Assembly (NCBI GenBank): GCA_017624905.1
Contig: JAGAMD010000024.1
Location: 13,083-77,082 of the forward strand
Reading direction: 5' to 3'
Length of the DNA: 64,000 nt
Source of the DNA: Clostridia bacterium
GTDB taxonomy: Bacteria; Bacillota; Clostridia; Oscillospirales; CAG-272
Notes under the pieces: model-generated
Told to the model about the DNA's origin: nothing
What the model saw: only the letters and a program-made list of their open reading frames with translations
Databases searched by the model: none
Translations under genes and position numbers: made by a program
In this document: piece by piece, positions 40,042 through 48,820 of the stretch
Position numbering within the stretch: position 1 is the first letter of the stretch
Layout: each line of letters starts with the position of its first letter

Positions 40042-41870
40042 TGTAAGCTCGCCCCCTTTGTTTGTGAGGTATATATTTCACGATAAATATCGTTTTCTTG
40101 CAAGAGTGTATCGTGGTTGCCAATAGCGTTAATTTTACCATCATTTAAAATTATGATAATATCGGCATCCTGTACACTGGAAATTCTTTGTGCAATGATT
40201 ATCTTTGTGGTATTGGGAATTTCCTCACGCATTGCTTTTCTGATAAGTGCATCGGTTCTTGTATCGACAGCACTTGTTGAGTCGTCAAGAATAAGAATTT
40301 TTGGCTTTTTAAGCAGAGCTCTTGCAATACATAGTCTTTGCTTTTGTCCACCTGATACATTTGAGCCACCTTGCTCAATATATGTATCATATTTATCAGG
40401 GAATTTTTCAATAAATTCACTAGCACAGGCAAGCTCACAAGCATGCTTCATTTCCTCGTCTGTTGCGTTTTCATTGCCCCAACGTAGGTTTTCCTTAATT
40501 GAACCGGAGAAGAGCACGTTTTTCTGCAAAACAACACTAACTGCATCACGCAAGGCTACAATATCATATTCCTTAACATTTACGCCACCAACTAAAACCT
40601 CTCCCTCTGTCGCATCATAAAGACGTGGAATCAAGGAGATAAGTGTTGATTTAGCACTACCGGTACCACCGATAATACCAACGGTTTGTCCGGACTCAAT
40701 TTTCAAGCTGACATTGGATAGAGCATTCTTTTCAGCTCTTTTTGCGTACTTGAAGTTGACATTTTTAAACTCAACAGAGCCATCGTTTATAGTAGTGATA
40801 GGATTTTTGGGGTTTTTAATTGTTGTTTCCTCGTCAACGACCTCGCAAATACGGTTAGCACTTTCGGCAGACATAGTAACCATAACAAAAATCATTGAAA
40901 CCATCATTAAGCTCATAAGCATTTGCATACCATATGTGAGCAAGGTAGAGAAGTTACCAATAGCAAATGACGCACCACCTGATGAAATGAGTAGTCTCGA
41001 ACCGATTAAAAGAATGCCAACCATTAATGAGTACATACATAATTGCATAACCGGAGAGTTAAACGCAAGAATCTTTTCAGCCTTTACAAAGTCGCCTCTT
41101 ACATCATCGGATGCATCGGTAAACTTGTTTGACTCATATTTCTCACGTACAAATGATTTAACAACACGCATACCCTGTACATTTTCTTGAACGGAGCTGT
41201 TTAGCTTGTCGTACTTTTTGAATACCTTTTTGAAAATAGGCATTGCAAAGCGAGAAATAAGAATAAGAGTAAATAGTAAGATAGGAACAACTACAACAAA
41301 AATCCAAGCCATTTTTCCACCAACGGAAAACGCCATAACAATTGAGAAAATGAACATAAATGGTGAACGGATAGCTGTTCTTATAATCATCATAAATGAT
41401 TGTTGTACGTTTGTAACATCAGTGGTTAGACGTGTAACTAAGCTGGATGTTGAGAAGTTGTCAATGTTTTCAAATGAAAACTCTTGTGTTTTGTTAAACA
41501 TAGCACTTCTTAGATTCTTAGCAAAGCCACAGGATGCACGAGAGCAGTGCACTCCCGCTAAAGCACCAAACATAAGAGATAAAAGAGCAAGACAAATCAA
41601 AATAGAGCAGAAAACAATAATAACTGCAGTAGTGTTCGATTCGCCAAACTTACCTTGAATTAAGTCTATAAGCCATTTTGTAATTTGTATTCTTTCAAGA
41701 GATGCCCCCTCAACACCATTTGATGCCTCGATAAATGTAATAAGCTCACCGGCAATTGCAGGTATTAGGCATTCCATAATAACCTCGAATAAAACCAAAA
41801 TTGGTGAAAGAATGGCATTTTTCTTGTATTCACCAACAAATTTAAACAAGGTTTTGAAGTTTTTTATCAC
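40038..41870 (-). CDS. Heterodimeric ABC exporter subunit (TM287-like, degenerate site)
   Basis: GGTGSAKST, VSGGQKQR, degenerate DDSTS and AQRISS. Confidence 0.92.
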   Translation of the reverse strand: MIKNFKTLFKFVGEYKKNAILSPILVLFEVIMECLIPAIAGELITFIEASNGVEGASLERIQITKWLIDLIQGKFGESNTTAVIIVFCSILICLALLSLMFGALAGVHCSRASCGFAKNLRSAMFNKTQEFSFENIDNFSTSSLVTRLTTDVTNVQQSFMMIIRTAIRSPFMFIFSIVMAFSVGGKMAWIFVVVVPILLFTLILISRFAMPIFKKVFKKYDKLNSSVQENVQGMRVVKSFVREKYESNKFTDASDDVRGDFVKAEKILAFNSPVMQLCMYSLMVGILLIGSRLLISSGGASFAIGNFSTLLTYGMQMLMSLMMVSMIFVMVTMSAESANRICEVVDEETTIKNPKNPITTINDGSVEFKNVNFKYAKRAEKNALSNVSLKIESGQTVGIIGGTGSAKSTLISLIPRLYDATEGEVLVGGVNVKEYDIVALRDAVSVVLQKNVLFSGSIKENLRWGNENATDEEMKHACELACASEFIEKFPDKYDTYIEQGGSNVSGGQKQRLCIARALLKKPKILILDDSTSAVDTRTDALIRKAMREEIPNTTKIIIAQRISSVQDADIIIILNDGKINAIGNHDTLLQENDIYREIYTSQTKGASLQ

Positions 41871-41913
41871 CTTATCACCCTTTCTATATATTTAAATATA
41901 ATTTAACAGTACA

Positions 41914-41942
41914 ATTATAGCACTGTGAAATTTTAATGTCAA
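41914..41942 (-). promoter_or_regulatory. Consensus sigmaA promoter of the ABC exporter operon
   Basis: Minus strand TTGACA-N17-TATAAT with TG extension. Confidence 0.8.
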
Positions 41943-42045
41943 TTAAGTTATAAAATATTTTATGTGAAAATTTTGTGAAAACGAAAAGGGAGCGAAATGC
42001 TCCCTGATTTATTTTGTTGAATTAGTCAAAAACTTGATAAAGTGT

Positions 42046-42417
42046 CTAGATTTGGGGATACGCAAGATTAAAAAGCTCGCTTATTCTTTCCTCGTTTTTT
42101 GTGAGTCTTAAATAACCAAAAATCGCTTCAAATCCCGTTGCTATTTTGTATTCAAGAAGGGACGCACTTTTAGATGCATTTAGGTGTGAGGAATTTTTGC
42201 CACGGCGAAAAATTTGTGCTTCTATCTCAGTAAGACTAGATTCGATATTTTCATACGCCTTAGCTTGATTAACAGCTGTAACATAATTAAGAGCTTCCTT
42301 GTTTAGCTTTGATGATTTTTCGTAGCCCTTTAAAATAAGTCTTTCTCTAATCAATGCTTCAAGAACAGAGTCTCCAAGATAAGCAAGAGCTCCGGCATTT
42401 ATTTGAGTAAAATCCAT
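42046..42417 (-). CDS. mrnC: Mini-ribonuclease III
   Basis: LAYLGDSVLE, V.A..QA, RRGKN, Y..ATGFEAIFGYL; start ATG 42417 after AAAGGAGG. Confidence 0.9.
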   Translation of the reverse strand: MDFTQINAGALAYLGDSVLEALIRERLILKGYEKSSKLNKEALNYVTAVNQAKAYENIESSLTEIEAQIFRRGKNSSHLNASKSASLLEYKIATGFEAIFGYLRLTKNEERISELFNLAYPQI

Positions 42418-42576
42418 AGCTATTCCTCCTTTTGTAGTTTTCTTTATTTTATCATAAAATAAAGGCATTATCAAGTAATACTTGAAAAAATGGTAAAAAT
42501 ATGATAAAATGTATATGATTTGAATTTTAAAATTTCAAGGATAGCAAAATGGCTATCATAAAAAAAGAGGTATAAT

Positions 42577-44031
42577 ATGTCTATAAAATCTTATGATGTT
42601 GCCATAATTGGTGCCGGAATTACAGGTGCTATGACAGCATTTCAGATTGCAAAATATAGTGTTAAGGTGGCAGTTTTGGAGGCGGGTATTGACGTTGCCT
42701 CCGGCTCTACTCGTGCAAATTCAGCAATAGTACACGCAGGCTACGATGCTAAAGAGGGCACACTTAAGGCTCTTTTAAATGTAAAGGGATGTGAAATGAT
42801 GCCGGAAATTACATCTCAGCTAGGAGTACATTATAAAAAATGTGGCTCACTTGTTATCGGGTTTAATGCTCGTGACCTTGAGCATCTTAAAAAGCTGATG
42901 GAAAGAGGCAAAACTAACGGAGTAAAGGGACTTCGCATTCTCAACAAAACAGAGCTTCATAAAATGGAGCCAAATGTTTCCAAGGATGCAAAATATGCCT
43001 TGTACGCGCCCTCAGCAGGTATAGTTTGTCCATATGATTTAGCTTATGCAGTTAGTGAAAACTCTGCGACCAATGGTACAGATTTCTATTTTGAATATAA
43101 GGTTGATAATATCGAGTATGATGGAAAGCACTATACTCTATATGCCGGAGACAAAAAGGTAAAGGCTAAATATGTCATCAATGCAGCGGGACTATATGTT
43201 GATGAGATTGCAAAAATGATAGATGACGACCTGCCGTTTGAGATAATTCCACGTCGTGGAGAATATATGCTTCTTGACAAGAGTGAAATAAAGACTGCAA
43301 AGCATACTATTTTTGTTACTCCTAACGAAAAGGGCAAGGGTATACTTGTTTCTCCAACAGTTGATGGTAATATCATAGTTGGACCAAATGCCAATATAGT
43401 TGATTCCAAGGCTGATACAGGCGTTACCGAGGAGGGGCTTGACGAGATATCTAAGGGAGCAAGAGTCATTGTTCCATCAATTAATCTTGGAGCAGTTATT
43501 ACAACCTTTGCAGGAGTTAGACCAACTCCTACAAGTGGAGATTTTTATATAAAGGAATCGGAAAAATGCAAGGGCTTTATACACGTTGCAGGTATTGAAT
43601 CTCCGGGACTCGCTTCAGCACCTGCTGTAAGTGAATATGTTTTGGACATACTAAAAAAAGCAGGTCTTACTATGCGTAAGAAAAGGAATTACATTCCAAC
43701 AAGAACCAAGGATGGCAACTGTAAGCTCTTTTATGAAATGAATGAAAGAGAAAGACGTCAGGCAATTAAAAAGGACTCAAGATATGCTATTATGGTATGC
43801 CGTTGTGAAATGGTAACAGAGGGCGACGTTGTAAACGCAATAAACCGTCCTATAAGTGCTCATACTGTTGATATGGTTAAGCGCCGTACTCGTGCAGGAA
43901 TGGGTAGATGCCAAGGTGCACATTGCCGTACTAAGGTTGCAGAAATTATAGCAAAAGAGCTTAACATTGATATATCAGAGGTTAAAAAATTCTCTCAAAA
44001 CTCTAAATTGCTTTTAGGCAAAACGAAATGA
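42577..44031 (+). CDS. FAD-dependent oxidoreductase with C-terminal BFD-like [2Fe-2S] domain (GlpA/LhgO-like)
   Basis: IIGAGITG, ANSAIVHAG, GIESPGL, CRCE...RRTRAGMGRCQGAHC. Confidence 0.88.
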   Translation: MSIKSYDVAIIGAGITGAMTAFQIAKYSVKVAVLEAGIDVASGSTRANSAIVHAGYDAKEGTLKALLNVKGCEMMPEITSQLGVHYKKCGSLVIGFNARDLEHLKKLMERGKTNGVKGLRILNKTELHKMEPNVSKDAKYALYAPSAGIVCPYDLAYAVSENSATNGTDFYFEYKVDNIEYDGKHYTLYAGDKKVKAKYVINAAGLYVDEIAKMIDDDLPFEIIPRRGEYMLLDKSEIKTAKHTIFVTPNEKGKGILVSPTVDGNIIVGPNANIVDSKADTGVTEEGLDEISKGARVIVPSINLGAVITTFAGVRPTPTSGDFYIKESEKCKGFIHVAGIESPGLASAPAVSEYVLDILKKAGLTMRKKRNYIPTRTKDGNCKLFYEMNERERRQAIKKDSRYAIMVCRCEMVTEGDVVNAINRPISAHTVDMVKRRTRAGMGRCQGAHCRTKVAEIIAKELNIDISEVKKFSQNSKLLLGKTK

Positions 44032-44038
44032 GGCACAA

Positions 44039-45085
44039 ATGAAAAGAAAGCTTGTAATTATAGGCTCAGGACCTAGTGGACTTGTTTGTGCTATGAGTGC
44101 TGCAAAAAACGGAATAGCACCAAAGGATATTTTAGTGCTTGAAAGAGAAAATGAGCTAGGTGGCACATTGAACCAATGCATTCATACAGGCTTTATGAAA
44201 AACTTAACAGGAACGGAGCTTGCTACCAATCTTATTAAGACAGTAAAAAAAGCAGGAATTGAATGCTTGACTGAGGCTTGTGTATTGTCCTTTAATAAGG
44301 ATAAGGTTTTAACTGTAATTTCACCTAAATCCGGATATATCAAAATTCAAGCAGAAGCAATAGTAATAGCAACAGGATGTCGAGAGCAATCACGTGGTGT
44401 TCTTTCAATAGGCGGCACCCGTCCGGTAGGTGTATTATCAGCAGGAGCAGCTCAAAGATATATAAATATCAAGGGCTATATGCCCGGACATAAAACAGTT
44501 GTAATCGGCTCGACTGAGATAGCATTTATTGTCGCACGTCGTATTGCGATTGAAGGTGGTACGGTTGTCTTTGCTTGCGAGCCGAAGTCGGCAACCTTAG
44601 CTGATAAAAAGTATCTTAAGGAATGTATAAAGCCGTTTAATATTCCATTTAAGCTAAATCACAATGTAACAAAGATTTACGGAAAGGAAAGAATAGAGGC
44701 GGTTGAGGTTTGTCAGCTTGATAAAAAGGGCAAACCAATAAAGAAGACAAAGCAAAAAATCGAGTGCGATTCACTTGTTTATTCTTGTGGCTATACTCCC
44801 GATGTCGATATCGCTATTGAGGCAGGAATATCGATAAAAAGAGATACCAAAGGACCTAGAACCAAGCGTAACTATGAAACAACTATTCCGGGTGTTTTTG
44901 TTACAGGAAATGCACATTATATTCACAAAACAATAGAAAAAATATTGTCCGAGGCTATAGCCGTGGGAACAAATGTTGCAAAATCTTTGAAGCCAACACA
45001 ACCAAAGATGCCATCGGATAAAAAAGCTAAAAAGGAGAAGACGGATGAGAATAATGCTCACATCAACAGTGAAAATAAAGAGTGA
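44039..45085 (+). CDS. NAD(P)/FAD-dependent pyridine nucleotide-disulfide oxidoreductase-like subunit (divergent)
   Basis: IIGSGPSG, LGGTLNQCIH, ATGCRE, AGAAQRYIN. Confidence 0.82.
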   Translation: MKRKLVIIGSGPSGLVCAMSAAKNGIAPKDILVLERENELGGTLNQCIHTGFMKNLTGTELATNLIKTVKKAGIECLTEACVLSFNKDKVLTVISPKSGYIKIQAEAIVIATGCREQSRGVLSIGGTRPVGVLSAGAAQRYINIKGYMPGHKTVVIGSTEIAFIVARRIAIEGGTVVFACEPKSATLADKKYLKECIKPFNIPFKLNHNVTKIYGKERIEAVEVCQLDKKGKPIKKTKQKIECDSLVYSCGYTPDVDIAIEAGISIKRDTKGPRTKRNYETTIPGVFVTGNAHYIHKTIEKILSEAIAVGTNVAKSLKPTQPKMPSDKKAKKEKTDENNAHINSENKE

Positions 45086-45266
45086 AACATCTACCTTGCT
45101 CCCTGTTAAAACAGATAAGCCGATTTTAAAGAGCTATCTCAAAACAGCTATGAAAAAAATCAACTCGCTCGAGCTAACCCCACCAATCTATATCGGTGAT
45201 ATAATTGAAGAGGGCTTTATTGAGGATGATATCAATCTAATAGCAACAAAGACAGTAGAAAAATAA
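45045..45266 (+). CDS. DUF1667-like protein lacking the N-terminal Cys domain
   Basis: LTSTVKI...LPVKTDKPI...PIYIGDII...LIATK; RBS AAGGAG; usual third gene of this operon type. Confidence 0.7.
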   Translation: MRIMLTSTVKIKSETSTLLPVKTDKPILKSYLKTAMKKINSLELTPPIYIGDIIEEGFIEDDINLIATKTVEK

Positions 45267-45268
45267 AA

Positions 45269-45292
45269 GCAGGGAGGAGTTGTTCCTCCCGC
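45269..45292 (+). repeat. REP-like hairpin
   Basis: GCA-GGGAGGA-GTTGT-TCCTCCC-GC, similar to 32289-32313. Confidence 0.4.
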
Positions 45293-45399
45293 TTAGCCTT
45301 TATAAAGCATCTTTAGAAAAAAATAATAAAAAATCAAAAAAAGTATTGCAAAGATAAAAAATCTATGATAAAATAATCAAGCAATAAAAAATCACACAT

Positions 45400-45486
45400 G
45401 CCGGTGTGATGGAATTGGCAGACGTGCCGGACTCAAAATCCGGTGGTAGCGATACCGTATCGGTTCGACCCCGATCACCGGCACCA
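45400..45486 (+). tRNA. tRNA-Leu (anticodon CAA)
   Basis: Acceptor stem GCCGGTG/CACCGGC, D-loop GG, anticodon arm CCGGA-CTCAAAA-TCCGG, long variable arm, GGTTCGAC, encoded CCA. Confidence 0.96.
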
Positions 45487-45511
45487 ACCTCTGTTTTTAC
45501 AGAGGTTTTTT
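45486..45511 (+). terminator. tRNA terminator
   Basis: AACCTCTGT-TTTT-ACAGAGGTT followed by T-run. Confidence 0.8.
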
Positions 45512-45517
45512 ATTTAA

Positions 45518-45548
45518 TAAAAAAGGAACGGAAAATCCGTTCCTTTTA
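45518..45548. terminator. Terminator of the LRR gene; second copy of the 28-bp element
   Basis: Identical to 37641-37668. Confidence 0.8.
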
Positions 45549-45556
45549 TTATTGTT

Positions 45557-48500
45557 TTATTCTTCCTTGCCTAAAAGATACCAAGCAGGTGTTGTGGATT
45601 GCTTTAATGTATTTGCATTAGCACTTGAGTTTAAAAGAGTAAGCTCAGCCCCGTTTGCATCAACCCAACCGTCAGTTGTTGTGAAATATACGTTAATTAA
45701 TGCACTACATCCATAGAATGAATCCTTGCCTATAAATCTAACATTCTTTGGTATTGTAATTGATTCAATACTTGCACAATTGTAAAATGCACGTGGAGCG
45801 ATACCAACTGTATCCTCGCTTAGTACAACATTTTTAGCAGTTTGCTTACAATCAATTACCCAACCATCAACATAGTAAACTCCGTCAACCTCTGTGATAG
45901 CTTTTTCGCAACCATAGAAGACGCTTTCACCAAGTGATTTAACGCCATTGCCGATTGAAACAGATGTTAGATTATCACAGCCATAGAACGATCTTGTGCC
46001 AAGCTCTGTAACTGCATCAGGGATTGTTACAGATGTGATAACATCGTTGTTGTAGAAGGCATATGGATTTATTGCATATTCCTTGCCATCAAAGGCATCA
46101 GGTAATACTAAATCAGTATTGCTACCTAAATAACTAAGTAGATAGCTGTTACCGTCAATAGTAGCGAATAAGAAGTCGCCATCTCTTGTGATTATGCTTT
46201 TACTGTCCTTTGCTGTGTGAACAACCTTAGCATAGTATCCAATGTAACCATTTTTATTTGAGTGTGCATAAATTGTAATAGCACTGGACAGGTCATAAAC
46301 CTCAACAAGCTTAAAGCAATTATAGAATGCGTAATAGCCGATTTGATCAGCCTTAACTCTTTGACCAATTGTTACGCTTGTTAGGTTAGAGCAGTTTTGG
46401 AAAGCATTTTGACCGATAGTCTCTACATAGTCGCCAATAACCACATTGTAGAGTGATGTGCAACCAAAGAATGCTTGTGCACCGATTGTCGAAGCACTTG
46501 AAGCTCCAATATTAACCGTAGTTAGCTTTGTACAAGTGTAAAATGCTTGGTTGCCAATATTTTTAATTGCATTATTGGTAATTAGATTTGTAAGGTTATC
46601 ACAGCTATAGAATGCCATATCTCCAATGCTAGTAGCAGGAGGTGTTATTCCATCACTAACAGGAATACCGAGTGTTATGGATACTAGTCCATCACAATCA
46701 TAGAAGGAGCTGTTTGAAATGGAAGTAACTGTGCTTGGCACGATAATGCTTGAAATCAAGTCACAATCATAGAAAGAGTAATCAGCAATTGTTTTTAGAC
46801 CTTCTGTTAAATAAACATTTGTTAGCTGTGTGCAGCCCTTAAATGCACTGTTTCCGGTAGTTTCCACACTCTTAGGAATGTAAATTGTTTCAAGTGAAGT
46901 ACAGTCAGCAAATGCACTTGCATATATTGTTTTTACATTGTTTCCAATAGAAACATTTGAAAGAACAGGACAACCTGAGAATGTGTCAGCAGGAATGCTT
47001 GTTAAGCCATCGCCAATTCTAACGCTTTCAAGATTGCCACAGATTGAAAATACCTTTTCACCAAGAGTAGTAACAGAATCCGGAATATCCACATTGTATA
47101 GAGCATAGCACTTTGAAAAAGCACTGTCGCCTATCTTTGTAAGAGTATCGCTCAAGGCTAGATTTGAAATTGAGTTACAATCGTTAAAGGCATTGTTGCC
47201 AATTGTTTCAAGACCGCTGGAAAATACAACATATTGAAGTGTATCAGCATTTTCAAAAGCACTGTTGCCGATTTCCTTAAGCGTTGGAGGTAAAATTACC
47301 TTTAATAATGTACCGCAATTGTAGAATGCATAGTCGTTAATCTTTGTAACATTTGAAGGAACAACTAAGGTTGTAACTCTTGTGTTGTTTAGATATAAAT
47401 CAGCACCTAAAGCAAATGGATTAGAAGCAATTGAAGCAAAAGAGATGTTGAACCAAGTGCTAATAGATTTAATGTTTACATCGTCAAGCTTAGGACATAG
47501 AACAAATGCGTCAGTGCCTATTGATTTTATGCCGGTTCCAAAGCTGATAGATGAAAGCTCCCGACAGGAATTGAAGGCGTTATCGCCAATTTTTTCAACT
47601 GTATTAGGAATAACAATACCTGTCATTATTTTGTCGCTTGCAAAAGCACTGGCAGCGATTTCCTTAACCGGTAAATCTTCATAATAGCTTGGAACTAAGA
47701 TTGACTTGTCAGTACAATCTCCTCTGCCTACTAGTATGTAATATGTTTCATCATTGCTTTTCTTAAATGTAAGCCCCTTGCTTGTGAACTCAAGGTCCTT
47801 ACAAATAGTACATAATCCATTTACAAAATTGTGTGATGTTGCTGCAATACCGTTGTGGTCAACTAAAACCGTGCTACAAATGGAGCAGTATGCCTTGCTC
47901 GTAGATCCGGGAGCCTTACAGGTAGCCTCTGAGCCCTCAACAATTACAACCGTATGATTCTTGTATGCCGGAACCTGTTCCTTTAAAACAGTATTACAAA
48001 CCTCACAAATAACGCCCTCGCTAAGCCCCGGTTGATAGCAATGAGCAACCGTTGCTTCAATAACCTTCTCAGTATGAGCGATAGTAGGAATTGAAACTTG
48101 AGCTACAGCAACGTAACCACAATTCTTACAAGAAGCACCTTCAGTTAAACCGGTCTTTGAGCAGGTAGGAGCAACTGCCTCCAATTTTTGAATATCATGC
48201 TTCTTTACAGGAATAATTTCTTGTTCAATTTCAGCAGTGCCACAAATGGTACAAGCAAAGCCGTCAGTAAGTCCAGGCTCTGTGCATGTTGCATCGTATC
48301 CTACAACTGTTGCCATATTACACGGGATTTTTCCAAGTGGCTTTGTTTCTTTTTCTTTACATTCATCGCAAACTCTTTCCATAGAGCCTTCCTTTAGGCA
48401 GGTAGGCATCTTGATTGTTTTCCAAGAGCTGAATTTGTGTGTATGCTCACTTTCTGTATTGGTAGATGAGTTGGTTGAAGTATTTGTGTTACTTTCTGTA

Positions 48501-48631
48501 TTTGTATTTGTGTTTGTTTCAGTATTGGTGTTGGTATCGGTATTTGTATTGTCATCACCACACGATGCCACAAACAAGCAAAGCAAAAGAGACAATATAA
48601 TCAAGGTTATAGTAAAGATTCTTTTCTTCAT
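45557..48631 (-). CDS. BspA-type leucine-rich-repeat surface lipoprotein with Cys/His repeats
   Basis: Lipobox VASC, T/N linker, about 5 (A/P)TC...G.....C..C repeats, many IG..AF..C..L..I.IP repeats. Confidence 0.9.
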   Translation of the reverse strand: MKKRIFTITLIILSLLLCLFVASCGDDNTNTDTNTNTETNTNTNTESNTNTSTNSSTNTESEHTHKFSSWKTIKMPTCLKEGSMERVCDECKEKETKPLGKIPCNMATVVGYDATCTEPGLTDGFACTICGTAEIEQEIIPVKKHDIQKLEAVAPTCSKTGLTEGASCKNCGYVAVAQVSIPTIAHTEKVIEATVAHCYQPGLSEGVICEVCNTVLKEQVPAYKNHTVVIVEGSEATCKAPGSTSKAYCSICSTVLVDHNGIAATSHNFVNGLCTICKDLEFTSKGLTFKKSNDETYYILVGRGDCTDKSILVPSYYEDLPVKEIAASAFASDKIMTGIVIPNTVEKIGDNAFNSCRELSSISFGTGIKSIGTDAFVLCPKLDDVNIKSISTWFNISFASIASNPFALGADLYLNNTRVTTLVVPSNVTKINDYAFYNCGTLLKVILPPTLKEIGNSAFENADTLQYVVFSSGLETIGNNAFNDCNSISNLALSDTLTKIGDSAFSKCYALYNVDIPDSVTTLGEKVFSICGNLESVRIGDGLTSIPADTFSGCPVLSNVSIGNNVKTIYASAFADCTSLETIYIPKSVETTGNSAFKGCTQLTNVYLTEGLKTIADYSFYDCDLISSIIVPSTVTSISNSSFYDCDGLVSITLGIPVSDGITPPATSIGDMAFYSCDNLTNLITNNAIKNIGNQAFYTCTKLTTVNIGASSASTIGAQAFFGCTSLYNVVIGDYVETIGQNAFQNCSNLTSVTIGQRVKADQIGYYAFYNCFKLVEVYDLSSAITIYAHSNKNGYIGYYAKVVHTAKDSKSIITRDGDFLFATIDGNSYLLSYLGSNTDLVLPDAFDGKEYAINPYAFYNNDVITSVTIPDAVTELGTRSFYGCDNLTSVSIGNGVKSLGESVFYGCEKAITEVDGVYYVDGWVIDCKQTAKNVVLSEDTVGIAPRAFYNCASIESITIPKNVRFIGKDSFYGCSALINVYFTTTDGWVDANGAELTLLNSSANANTLKQSTTPAWYLLGKEE

Positions 48632-48820
48632 AAAATGCTCCTAAAAATTGAAAATAGTCTATAAATATTCCATTATATCTATATTATAGCACACGCATTT
48701 ATGATTTGCAATAGTAAAATTTTTTGTCAAATAGTACTAACCTATCGTCAAATTGCTATTTACTTTTTTTCTTAAGTATGATATACTTAAATCGATATAT
48801 TTAGAAATGGAAATTTAAAG

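Noticed and set aside
45406-45621. 71-aa ORF in the track
   Set aside because: Overlaps tRNA-Leu and two terminators; spurious
45400-48631. Island integrated at tRNA-Leu
   Set aside because: No duplicated tRNA 3' end or integrase found in the window
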